Source: an uncultured Alphaproteobacteria bacterium
GTDB lineage: Bacteria > Pseudomonadota > Alphaproteobacteria > Rhodobacterales > Rhodobacteraceae
Assembly: GCA_963752895.1 (NCBI GenBank)
Contig: CAVWAE010000020.1
Location: 60,878-124,877, forward strand
DNA: 64,000 nt
Direction of reading: 5' to 3'
Shown here in pieces: positions 40,367 through 48,832 of the stretch. The notes beneath the pieces were generated by a model that made no database searches, had not been told where the DNA came from, and was given only the letters and a program-made list of their open reading frames with translations. The stretch's first letter is position 1; every line of letters begins with the position of its first letter. A program made the translations under genes and the position numbers.

Positions 40367-41503
40367 ATGGAGAGTAAGATGGCGTTCGGATCAAATAACA
40401 ACGGTATTGGCGGGCTCCCGGGGATGATGCATTTCCCGATACCCGACGATCAGGAACAGCAGCAGCAGCAGCGGCAGCAGGAACAGCAGCAGCAGCGCGA
40501 GCAGCAGCAGCAGCGCGAGGAACAGACGCAGTCGCAAGACTCGACGTCTGACCAGACGCAGACGCAAACCGGTGACAACTCGAACAACAACAGCAACGAG
40601 AACATGTCGGCCACGGACACTTCAACTGTGAGCGACACGTCCACCGGCAGCACCACGTCCACGGACAGCACCACGACCACGGACACGACCACCAGCAGCG
40701 ATCTGCAAGCCAAGCTGGACAGCCTGTCCGACAACGACAACCTGAACGAGAACACGAACGACTCGACCAGCACAACTGACGTCGATGTGGACGTGGATCT
40801 GGGCCTCGACAGCCTGCCTGACGACAACGACTGGGTCGATGTCGATTTCGGCGACAGTTCCAGCATGGGCGATATCTTCGCCGCGAAAGGCGATCTGGAC
40901 TACGACCCGGGCAATGACATCGAGATCAGCGACTTCTTCGACGGCGCGCTCGACGGTGCCGGCAATGACGTAGGCCAGTCGTTCATCGGCTCGAACAACC
41001 TGGTCGACAACGACACGCTGTCGAATGTTCAGCTCACGAACAGCGCCCCGTTCACCGCGACCGCGACGGGTGGCACCGCGACCGCCGATGAGGGGATCGA
41101 GCTCGAGAACGAACCCTATGGCGAGGTCGAAGCGGAAGCCGAGGCCGAGGCCGAAGTCGACGGCGGCGGCGGCCAATTCGGCGGCTTGCCGCCTCTCGTT
41201 GCGATGCGGGAAGGTGGTGGCGGCCGGCCTGGTAACGACGAAGAGGGCGCCCGAGGCGAAGTCGACGGCAATGTCAGCGCCGATGGCGAAGCCGAAGTCG
41301 AACTCGGCGATTGGGGTTCGGGCAACGGCCGTGACGGCATTGTCGAGGGCAACTCGCTCGCCGACGCGGACGCAACGCTCGATATCTCGGCGTTCAACCA
41401 GAATATTGTTCTGGGCGCGAACGTACTCGGCAACTCTGTCGATACCACCGTCGTCGGTGGCAACATGGACATGAGCTACGACATGGACGACAGCGTCAGC
41501 TGA
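40367..41503 (+). CDS. Highly acidic, Gln/Ser/Thr/Asp/Asn-rich low-complexity protein, probable type I secretion substrate (non-RTX)
   Basis: 378 aa with no signal peptide. Contains QEQQQQQRQQEQQQQREQQQQREEQ, TSTVSDTSTGSTTSTDSTTTTDTTT, EAEAEAEAEV and a C-terminal NQNIVLGANVLGNSVDTTVVGGNMDMSYDMDDSVS. Alternative ATG at 40379 behind GGAGAG. Sits upstream of the T1SS genes. Confidence 0.6.
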   Translation: MESKMAFGSNNNGIGGLPGMMHFPIPDDQEQQQQQRQQEQQQQREQQQQREEQTQSQDSTSDQTQTQTGDNSNNNSNENMSATDTSTVSDTSTGSTTSTDSTTTTDTTTSSDLQAKLDSLSDNDNLNENTNDSTSTTDVDVDVDLGLDSLPDDNDWVDVDFGDSSSMGDIFAAKGDLDYDPGNDIEISDFFDGALDGAGNDVGQSFIGSNNLVDNDTLSNVQLTNSAPFTATATGGTATADEGIELENEPYGEVEAEAEAEAEVDGGGGQFGGLPPLVAMREGGGGRPGNDEEGARGEVDGNVSADGEAEVELGDWGSGNGRDGIVEGNSLADADATLDISAFNQNIVLGANVLGNSVDTTVVGGNMDMSYDMDDSVS

Positions 41504-41603
41504 GGTTCGCCGAGGCCCAAAAAGAGATGGCGTACCCCCAACCGCCCCACAGTCCCCGGGGGTTCGTCGAAACTGCCTGCGGCTTGCCAGGGCCGCAGGC
41601 GCG

Positions 41604-41633
41604 CCGGGTCCGGCCCGTTCAGGCCGGGCCCGG
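41604..41633 (+). other. Stable 12-bp GC hairpin between the two acidic-protein genes
   Basis: CCGGGTCCGGCC-cgttca-GGCCGGGCCCGG (one G-U pair), with no U-tract after it. Confidence 0.4.
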
Positions 41634-41690
41634 AGCACCCCGAAACGGAAAGATGCGCCTCAGAGCGCTTCGGGTTGAAAGGGGGTAACA

Positions 41691-43967
41691 ATGCTTGACA
41701 GACATTCCGAGATCATCGCGCATTTTATTGGCCAATTCGACCAGATCGCAGAACAGTCGCTTTACCGGCAGCAATACGATGCCTTTCGCGCCCAGCAGCG
41801 ACCCCAGGAGGAGCCCGGCCCCCTGCTCAACGTGAACGTGCGGGTCACCTCCGAGCTGCTGCCCGACAAACATGTCGCCGGTGGGGTCCGGTGGTACGAG
41901 CAGAAGCCTGCGCCACAGCGCGACCAGGAGGACCTCGAGGTTACCGCCCGCGACACCGGGCCCGTTCTGGACGTTCCGGCAGCGACCTTCGCCGAAACCT
42001 TCGTCGAACTCGAGTTCCAGCTTGAACTTCCGTATTTCGCGTTCGAATTCACGCCGGGATTGCCGGAAACGCCGGTTTTCGAGTTCGGGCCGCCCGGCAA
42101 CGTGATGATTTTCGCGTATCAACAGAACATATTGCAGGACAACGACCTGCTGCTCACCCGTCCGCTGGACCTTTCCCCGGAACTTGCCGCCAGTCGCTCC
42201 GACGCGGCCCTCGATGACGGCCTGATGACGCTTGCGGCCACCGCCGACGCACTCGTGCCCGGCGACTTCACCCTCGGCCGCGAGATCGAAGATACCGCGG
42301 CGCGGATCGAGACCCTGCGCGAGACCTTCGCGGGCGTCGACCCGGCAGAGGCCCCGGACGGGGCGACCGTCACACTTGTCAGCCAGGCCGACGGGACGCT
42401 GCCCGAAAGCGGTATTCTCATCGACGGCGAAGAGGCGGAGAGCCTGCCCACCACGCTCGAAGAGGCGCTGGACGCACGCGGCTACGGCGACAACGCAGAA
42501 GACGGGGATGCGGACGGCAGTGACGGCGAAGACGCCGATGAAGACACCGACTCCGGAAGCGGCGAAGACGCAGGCGGCGACGCTGTGTTGGTCGCGACGA
42601 TCACCATCGGCCCGGACGACACCGGTCCGCACGCGGAGGCGATGCAACTGATCGAGACCGGCGGCAACCTCCTGATGAACAACGCCGTTTCCGGCTTTGC
42701 GCCGGTCGACGCGCCGCTGATCGCGGTCGGGGGTCAGGCGATGTCGCTCACGGTCATCAGCCAGGTCAACGTGATGAGCGACCGCGACACGCTGGTCGGA
42801 CCGGACGACGCCGTCTGCACCGGCGCCGACCACCCGTTCCAGGATGCGGCCTCCGAGGGTCACAACATCGCCAGCGTCAAATGGGAAGGCGTGAGCCGGG
42901 GCCATCCGGAGAACGCCGGTAAAGAGAACGCAAACGGTGCCAGCAACGGCAATGCCAATGGCCCCGGGAATGCCAACGGCAAAGGGATCGGCATCGGGAA
43001 TGGCAACGGCAATGCCAAAGCCAACGGCCACGGCACCGATGAAGACGACGACAATGGCCCGATAGCATTCGCGATCACGGAAATCGACGGCGACCTGGTG
43101 CTGACCACCCACGTCGTCCAGCTCAACCTGGTGACCGACAACGACGTGATCACCTTCGAGACGACGGTCCATGAGGTCGAGATCGGCACCGGTGGCAACG
43201 TTTCGGTCGATGTGCTGAACGCGCTCGGGTTTCAGAACGGGTTCGACATGATCCTGGTCGGCGGCGACATGCTGAACCTGGTGTCGATCTCGCAGCTGAA
43301 CATGATTTTCGACAACGACCTGGTCGCCGATGGCGACGGTGTCGGCGGCGACATCGACACTTCGGGCAACCTGCTCTGGAACGAGACCCAGGTCACCTGG
43401 CACGGGATCGACACCGCCGCCGAAGAGGTCTCGGACAGCGCCGCTGAGGCGCTCGAGACGATGGCCGGCGGCCAGCTCGATTTCGAGGCGCTGAAGGGCG
43501 AAAGCCTGCTCGACGGCAAGGAAGTGCCGCTTCTGCTCACGATCGGCGGCAACCTGGTTTTCGACTACCGGCTGGAACAGATCAACATCCTGGCCGATGC
43601 GGACACCGTGCAGCTGTTCGCCGACATGGCCCTGGAAAACGGCTTCAACCCGGTCGACGTGGCGACCGGCGACAACCTGCTCGCCAACGTGGCGAGCCTC
43701 GATATCCACGGTACCGACAGCACGATCATGGCGTCGGGCGGCGTCTTCTCCGACTTGGTGATCCACCAGGCCGGCATGTACGACACCGACGACACACCAC
43801 AGGATCTGGGTGGCGCCGGATCGGACCTCGCGAGCGAGGCGGTGGTGTTCCTGGCGGACGGCATGATCGACGACGGCCACGGGATCGAACCCGGCGGCGG
43901 CGAGGTGATCGTCGACACCGGCGGCGGCTCGGGCACCTTTGACACGCTGGGCGGCGTGGTTGCGTGA
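41691..43967 (+). CDS. Large acidic repeat protein, probable type I secretion substrate (non-RTX)
   Basis: 758 aa with no signal peptide. Five Q-x-N-h-h-x-D-x-D motifs, an Asp/Gly/Glu-rich linker, an Asn/Gly-rich tract and a C-terminus ..GGGSGTFDTLGGVVA. GGGGG Shine-Dalgarno before the ATG. The T1SS ABC gene follows after 49 nt. Confidence 0.65.
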   Translation: MLDRHSEIIAHFIGQFDQIAEQSLYRQQYDAFRAQQRPQEEPGPLLNVNVRVTSELLPDKHVAGGVRWYEQKPAPQRDQEDLEVTARDTGPVLDVPAATFAETFVELEFQLELPYFAFEFTPGLPETPVFEFGPPGNVMIFAYQQNILQDNDLLLTRPLDLSPELAASRSDAALDDGLMTLAATADALVPGDFTLGREIEDTAARIETLRETFAGVDPAEAPDGATVTLVSQADGTLPESGILIDGEEAESLPTTLEEALDARGYGDNAEDGDADGSDGEDADEDTDSGSGEDAGGDAVLVATITIGPDDTGPHAEAMQLIETGGNLLMNNAVSGFAPVDAPLIAVGGQAMSLTVISQVNVMSDRDTLVGPDDAVCTGADHPFQDAASEGHNIASVKWEGVSRGHPENAGKENANGASNGNANGPGNANGKGIGIGNGNGNAKANGHGTDEDDDNGPIAFAITEIDGDLVLTTHVVQLNLVTDNDVITFETTVHEVEIGTGGNVSVDVLNALGFQNGFDMILVGGDMLNLVSISQLNMIFDNDLVADGDGVGGDIDTSGNLLWNETQVTWHGIDTAAEEVSDSAAEALETMAGGQLDFEALKGESLLDGKEVPLLLTIGGNLVFDYRLEQINILADADTVQLFADMALENGFNPVDVATGDNLLANVASLDIHGTDSTIMASGGVFSDLVIHQAGMYDTDDTPQDLGGAGSDLASEAVVFLADGMIDDGHGIEPGGGEVIVDTGGGSGTFDTLGGVVA

Positions 43968-44016
43968 TGACTGGCAGGCGGCCCGGGACCGGGTCACCGA
44001 TTAGGGGAGTGGGGAA

Positions 44017-45933
44017 ATGACGAGCAGGAAGGAAAAGGCGCAAACCGGCGCACCGGTGACGATTGACGCGAAGGTGAACTCCGCAGTTCCCGGGACGGTG
44101 CAAGGCGGAGGCGGCGGCGCAAAGACGCCCGGCTTCCACAAGCGCACGCAGCCGGAAGACCACACCAGGACCATGGCGCGGGTCCGGCGCCGGCTCAGCG
44201 CCAATATCGTGTTCGTCGCGCTGATGACCGTGGGCACCAACGTCTTGATCCTCGCGGTGCCGATCTATCTGTTCCAGATCTCCACCCGGGTGCTCACCTC
44301 GCGCTCGACCGACACGCTGGCGATGCTCACGATCGTCGTGGTCGGCGCGATCGCGGTGCAATCCGCGCTCGACGCCCTCAGGCGCTTCGTGCTGATGCGC
44401 ACCGCGGTCGATGTCTCGGCAAGCCTCGGCGGCGCGGTGCTGTCGGCCGCCGCGCAGGCCTCGCTGCATTCCAACGGACGCGAATACCAGGTGCTGGGCG
44501 ATCTCAATTCGCTGCGCGCCTTCCTCGTCTCGGGCACGCTTCTGGCGTTCCTCGACGTGCCCTTCACGCCGATGTTCCTGCTCGCGATCTTCCTGATCCA
44601 TCCCCAGCTCGGCGCCATCGTGATCACCACGGCGCTGATCCTCGCGCTGTTCGCCTGGATCAACCAGAAGATCACCTCCGAAGGGTTCAAGGCCGCCAAC
44701 GCGGCCCAGACCCGGGCCAACCTCCATCTCGAATCGATGTCGCGCAACAGCCAGATCATCAATGCGATGGCGATGATCCCCGAGGCGGTGCGGATCTGGG
44801 GCGCCGACATGGTCGGCTCGCTGACCGCGCAGGTGAAAGCCCAGGACCGCAACATCATGACAGCCGCGCTCTCGCGCTTCTTCCGCCTGCTCGCCCAGAT
44901 CGGGATGCTCGGCTGGGGCGCCTGGCTGGCGCTCCAAGGCGAGCTCACCGGCGGCATGGTGATCGCCGCCTCGATCGTCGCAGGCCGCGCGCTTGCCCCG
45001 ATCGAAGGCGCGATCGAGGGCTGGAACAGCTTTCTCGTGGCGCGCGGCGCCTATGACCGGGTGTCGGCGCTGCTCGCCCGGTCAGCGAAGCGCAACGACA
45101 AGCTGCGGCTGCCGAACCCGGAGGGCCGGCTCGATGTCGAGCGGCTGCTCTACGTGCCCCAGGGCACCAAGCACGTGGTGCTGAACGCGCTCACCTTCAG
45201 CCTTGGCGCGGGCGAAAGCCTTGCGGTGATCGGCAATTCCGGCGCCGGCAAGACGACGCTCGGCAAGATGCTGGTGGGCTCGCTGATGCCGACGTCGGGC
45301 GCGGTGCGGCTCGACCTCATGGACCTGCGCAACTGGGAGCCGCGCCAGCTCGGCGAGATCGTCGGCTACCTGCCGCAGGACGTGCAGCTCTTCCCCGGCA
45401 CGATCAAGGCCAATATCGCGCGGATGCGTCCCGAGGCGACCGACGAACAGATCCACCGCGCCGCCGTGCTCGCGGATGTCCACGAGATGATCGCCTCGCT
45501 GCCACAGGGCTATGAAACGGTGGTGGCCGCCGACGGCGCGCCGCTCTCGGGCGGCCAGAAGCAACGCATCGGCCTGGCCCGTGCCTTCTTCGGCAACCCC
45601 AAGTTCCTCGTGCTCGACGAGCCGAACTCGAACCTCGACACCAACGGCGACCAGGCGCTGGTGCGTGCGCTCGGCCACGCCCGGGCCAATGGCATCACCG
45701 CGGTGGTCATCACTCAGAAACCGGCCCTGCTCACCGCCGTGGACAAGATCATGGCGCTCAACAATGGCAACATCTCCATGTTCGGCTGGCGCGACCAGGT
45801 GCTCGCCGAGCTCCAGAAGTTGAAACAGGCCAAAGCCGCCCGTCTCGCCGCCGCCAAGGCCAAGGCCGACGTGGCGGCCGCCGCGGGGTCCGCCGTCGGC
45901 GCACCCGCCGCACCAGAGGGAGCGATCGCATGA
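44017..45933 (+). CDS. Type I secretion system ABC transporter (PrtD/AprD type, no C39 peptidase domain)
   Basis: TMD ..LILAVPIYLFQISTRVLTSRSTDTL.., Walker A GNSGAGKTTLGKML, signature LSGGQKQRIGLARAF, Walker B FLVLDEPNSNLD. Confidence 0.88.
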   Translation: MTSRKEKAQTGAPVTIDAKVNSAVPGTVQGGGGGAKTPGFHKRTQPEDHTRTMARVRRRLSANIVFVALMTVGTNVLILAVPIYLFQISTRVLTSRSTDTLAMLTIVVVGAIAVQSALDALRRFVLMRTAVDVSASLGGAVLSAAAQASLHSNGREYQVLGDLNSLRAFLVSGTLLAFLDVPFTPMFLLAIFLIHPQLGAIVITTALILALFAWINQKITSEGFKAANAAQTRANLHLESMSRNSQIINAMAMIPEAVRIWGADMVGSLTAQVKAQDRNIMTAALSRFFRLLAQIGMLGWGAWLALQGELTGGMVIAASIVAGRALAPIEGAIEGWNSFLVARGAYDRVSALLARSAKRNDKLRLPNPEGRLDVERLLYVPQGTKHVVLNALTFSLGAGESLAVIGNSGAGKTTLGKMLVGSLMPTSGAVRLDLMDLRNWEPRQLGEIVGYLPQDVQLFPGTIKANIARMRPEATDEQIHRAAVLADVHEMIASLPQGYETVVAADGAPLSGGQKQRIGLARAFFGNPKFLVLDEPNSNLDTNGDQALVRALGHARANGITAVVITQKPALLTAVDKIMALNNGNISMFGWRDQVLAELQKLKQAKAARLAAAKAKADVAAAAGSAVGAPAAPEGAIA

Positions 45934-47300
45934 ACGCCCAGACTGCCCTCCCCGTCCCGACTGCCCTGGCGCCGGCAGCGCCGGCCCCGGCCGAGAGCTG
46001 GGACGCCAATGTGCCGCGCCGGGTGCGCTATCACGTGATCGCCGGGCTGATGATCATCCTCGCCGCCTTCGGCGGGTTCGGCACCTGGGCGGTCACCGCA
46101 CCGCTCGCTGCCGCGATCATGTCGCCCGGCTCCTTCGTCGCCACCGGGCGCAACAAGCTGGTGCAGCACCTCGAAGGCGGGATCATCGCCGATCTCAGCG
46201 TCGCCGAGGGCGACCGGGTTGTCGCCGGCCAGCCGATGATCCGGCTCGACGAGACCTCGGCGCTCGCCACCCAGCGGGCCCTGTTCCTGCGCAGGGTCCG
46301 CCTCGAAGCGATGGAGGCGCGGATCCTTGCGGAATACGAGGCCGAGCCCGAACTCGTGTTCCCGCTCCACCTCATGGAGAGCCGGATCGACCCCGAGGTC
46401 GCCACCATCCTCGACAACCAGCTCTTGTCCTTCACCGTCGCTCGCTCGCAGCTCGAAAACGACATCGACCTGATCGAGCGAAATGTCGCGGTCATGGAGC
46501 AGCGCATGCGCGGCTACGAGGCCCAGCGCGACGCGCTGTCGCGCCAGATCGCGCTGCTGTCGGAGGATCGCGTGTCCAAGGCCCAGCTCCTCGACAAGGG
46601 GTTGATCCGCCGGTCCGAATTGAACGCGCTGGACCGGGCGCTGGCCGAAGCGGAAGGCCAGTTCGGCCGGATGGAGGCGGAAATCGCCGAATCGCTGGAG
46701 TTGATGGCCAAGTACGACGCCCAGAAACGCCAGGCGATCGACACCTACCGCCAGGCCGCGCTCGACGAGCTCGAAAGCGTCCAGGCCGAGCTCGACACCG
46801 TGCGCGAAAAGGAACGCGATGCGCAATCGATCCTTCGCCGGGTCGTGATCGAGGCCCCGGTTTCGGGCACCGTCGTCCGGCTCAATTATTCGAGCGTCGG
46901 CGGCGTGATCGAGGCCGGCAAAGTGATCGCCGAAGTGTTGCCGACCGACGTGCCGCTCATCATCGAGACGATGATCGCGCGCACCGACATCGACGCGGTC
47001 AAGGTCGGCCAGCCCGCGGGCGTGATGCTGACCGCGCTCAACAGGCGCACCACCCCGGTTCTCAACGGCGAGGTCTTCTACCTGTCCGCCGATGCGATCG
47101 TCCAGAACGGCGCCGAGGACCAGGAGGTCTACATCGCGCGGATCCAGATCCCGGTGTCCGAACTCGACCGGGTGTCCGGTTTTGCGCCGGTCCCGGGCAT
47201 GCCGGTGCAGGTGATGATCCAGACCGCGGAGCGCACCTTCCTCCAATACATCATGAAACCGGTAACGGACTCGATGCAGCGCGCATTCCGGGAGAACTAG
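45930..47300 (+). CDS. Type I secretion membrane-fusion (HlyD-family) adaptor
   Basis: ATGA overlap with the ABC gene. N-terminal TM IAGLMIILAAFGGFGTWAV, lipoyl-like GIIADLSVAEGDRVVAGQPMIRLD, long coiled coil, C-terminal ..PGMPVQVMIQTAERTFLQYIMKPV. Confidence 0.88.
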   Translation: MNAQTALPVPTALAPAAPAPAESWDANVPRRVRYHVIAGLMIILAAFGGFGTWAVTAPLAAAIMSPGSFVATGRNKLVQHLEGGIIADLSVAEGDRVVAGQPMIRLDETSALATQRALFLRRVRLEAMEARILAEYEAEPELVFPLHLMESRIDPEVATILDNQLLSFTVARSQLENDIDLIERNVAVMEQRMRGYEAQRDALSRQIALLSEDRVSKAQLLDKGLIRRSELNALDRALAEAEGQFGRMEAEIAESLELMAKYDAQKRQAIDTYRQAALDELESVQAELDTVREKERDAQSILRRVVIEAPVSGTVVRLNYSSVGGVIEAGKVIAEVLPTDVPLIIETMIARTDIDAVKVGQPAGVMLTALNRRTTPVLNGEVFYLSADAIVQNGAEDQEVYIARIQIPVSELDRVSGFAPVPGMPVQVMIQTAERTFLQYIMKPVTDSMQRAFREN

Positions 47301-47307
47301 GCGGGCC

Positions 47308-47340
47308 GTGGGATTGTTTCTGGATGGGAAACAATCCCAC
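47308..47340. repeat. Perfect 13-bp-arm palindrome GTGGGATTGTTTC-N7-GAAACAATCCCAC, 8 bp after the hlyD-family stop
   Basis: Read directly. No T-tract follows it. Shares the core TTGTTTC-N7-GAAACAA with 48808-48832. Confidence 0.9.
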
Positions 47341-47512
47341 CCTCATTTCGGATTGTTGCCAAAGACCGGTGGCTTTCCACCCGGCGCCATTGGCGCCCGG
47401 ACCAATGGCACCCTCCCCGGAGCAGGTCTTTCCAAGCCGAAAGAGGTCGGGCCGGACGGGTGGCGGCGCCAGCCCCCCGGCGAACCGGGCCATGCGCGTG
47501 CGGCTCGGCCGC

Positions 47513-48526
47513 TCAGAAAATCGTTGGATGTGGCCGCTGGCGGGCGCGGATGACGGTGCCGGTCGCGCTGAGCAGACCAGCCGCATGCGCGGCGATGGCG
47601 GTGTCCTGCGCCCCGGTTCCGGCAAGATCGCAGATCGTGATCTCCTCAGGCGAACGACGGCCCGGACGGCGGCCGGTGACGATGTCGCCAAGCTCGATCG
47701 GGGTCTCGTCCGTGAACAGCCCGGCCTCCCGTGCCGCGCGCAATTCGCCCGCGGTGGCGCATTGATCGACGCGGTCGCAGACGTAGAGATCGGCGCGGGC
47801 GAGGCCGGCCGGCTCGATCTCGTTCCGTTTGAGCTGATCCGTCCCGACGGCGGTCACGTGCAGTTCCTTGTGCAGCCAGGCCGCCTTCAACACCGGCGAC
47901 TGCGCCGAGGTGGCCGTGACCACGAGTTGCGACCGCTTCACCAGGATTTCCGGATCGGTCGTGACCTCGACCTCCACGTCGAGGCTCGCGGCCAGGTCCG
48001 CCGCGCAGGCGGCGGCATTGTGCGGGTTGCGGCCATAGACCAGCACCCGCTCGAAGGGCCGCACAAGGCGGGCCGCCTTGATCTGCAGGCTGGCCTGGGG
48101 CCCGGCACCGATCACGCCCGCCGTGGTCACGTCCTCGGGTGCGAGGTAGCGGGCGGCGACGGCGCCGGCGGCGGCGGTGCGCAGGTCGGTGAGATACCCA
48201 TTGTCGAGGAAGACGGCCTCGACCGCCCCGGTCTCGGCCGAGAGTTGAACGACCAGCCCGTCGCGGCCGGGCCGGCGCACGTCCGGCGTGTCGCGCAGGC
48301 CCGACAGGATCTTGACCGCGTAGCTTTTCAGCCCGTCGATCCGGGCGGTTTCCACATCGACGGAGCCTTCCCCGTCGGCGAACGGCATGGACAGGCCCGG
48401 CGGCATCGAAACATTGCCGGTGGCGAGGGCCGCGAAGGCCCGTTCAACCACCTCGATCGTCTCGAGATCCATCGTGACCGCCTGGCGCAACTCGGTTTCG
48501 GTCACGATCCGGATGTCATGCACCAT
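47513..48526 (-). CDS. Ornithine cyclodeaminase / mu-crystallin family protein
   Basis: 337 aa; ..YLTDLRTAAAGAVAARYLA..AGVIGAGPQA (Rossmann GxGxxA)..VVTATSAQSPVL..HVTAVGTD. Confidence 0.8.
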   Translation of the reverse strand: MVHDIRIVTETELRQAVTMDLETIEVVERAFAALATGNVSMPPGLSMPFADGEGSVDVETARIDGLKSYAVKILSGLRDTPDVRRPGRDGLVVQLSAETGAVEAVFLDNGYLTDLRTAAAGAVAARYLAPEDVTTAGVIGAGPQASLQIKAARLVRPFERVLVYGRNPHNAAACAADLAASLDVEVEVTTDPEILVKRSQLVVTATSAQSPVLKAAWLHKELHVTAVGTDQLKRNEIEPAGLARADLYVCDRVDQCATAGELRAAREAGLFTDETPIELGDIVTGRRPGRRSPEEITICDLAGTGAQDTAIAAHAAGLLSATGTVIRARQRPHPTIF

Positions 48527-48807
48527 GGGCCCTCCCTTTCCGCACCCTTCGCCGGAAGGATGTTCTGCGCCGCAAGATAGTGGGGAATCGGGCCAAGTCG
48601 AGGTTGCGGCCTGATTTTATTGTGGCGGAACCGATATTTAGGGTGACTTCACGACGCCCCGTCCGGCGCCGCCTCCTCCGGCTGTGACGAGCGGGTCGGC
48701 CACTGCCCGGGACCCGCGCATGGCGCCGCCCGAAGGTGTCAGCCGCCGTGGCACATCACGGTGACACCAGGGTGACACACCGGGACCCGGGGATGTTCGT
48801 GCCGGTT

Positions 48808-48832
48808 TTTTGTTTCCGGATTGGAAACAAAA
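48808..48832. repeat. Palindrome TTTTGTTTCC-ggatt-GGAAACAAAA in the divergent region between the OCD-family gene and the exoY-like gene
   Basis: Read directly. Same TTGTTTC-N7-GAAACAA core as 47308-47340. Confidence 0.9.

Noticed and set aside
40367-43967. Calling the two acidic proteins RTX toxins or hemolysin-type calcium-binding proteins.
   Set aside because: No GGxGxDxUx nonapeptide runs are visible. The nearest string (GDGVGGDIDTSGN) is single and off-pattern. They are kept as non-RTX putative T1SS cargo.
47324-48580. 418-aa plus-strand ORF spanning the ornithine cyclodeaminase locus.
   Set aside because: It is antisense to a well-formed OCD-family gene (Rossmann motif, full length), and its own sequence is low-information.
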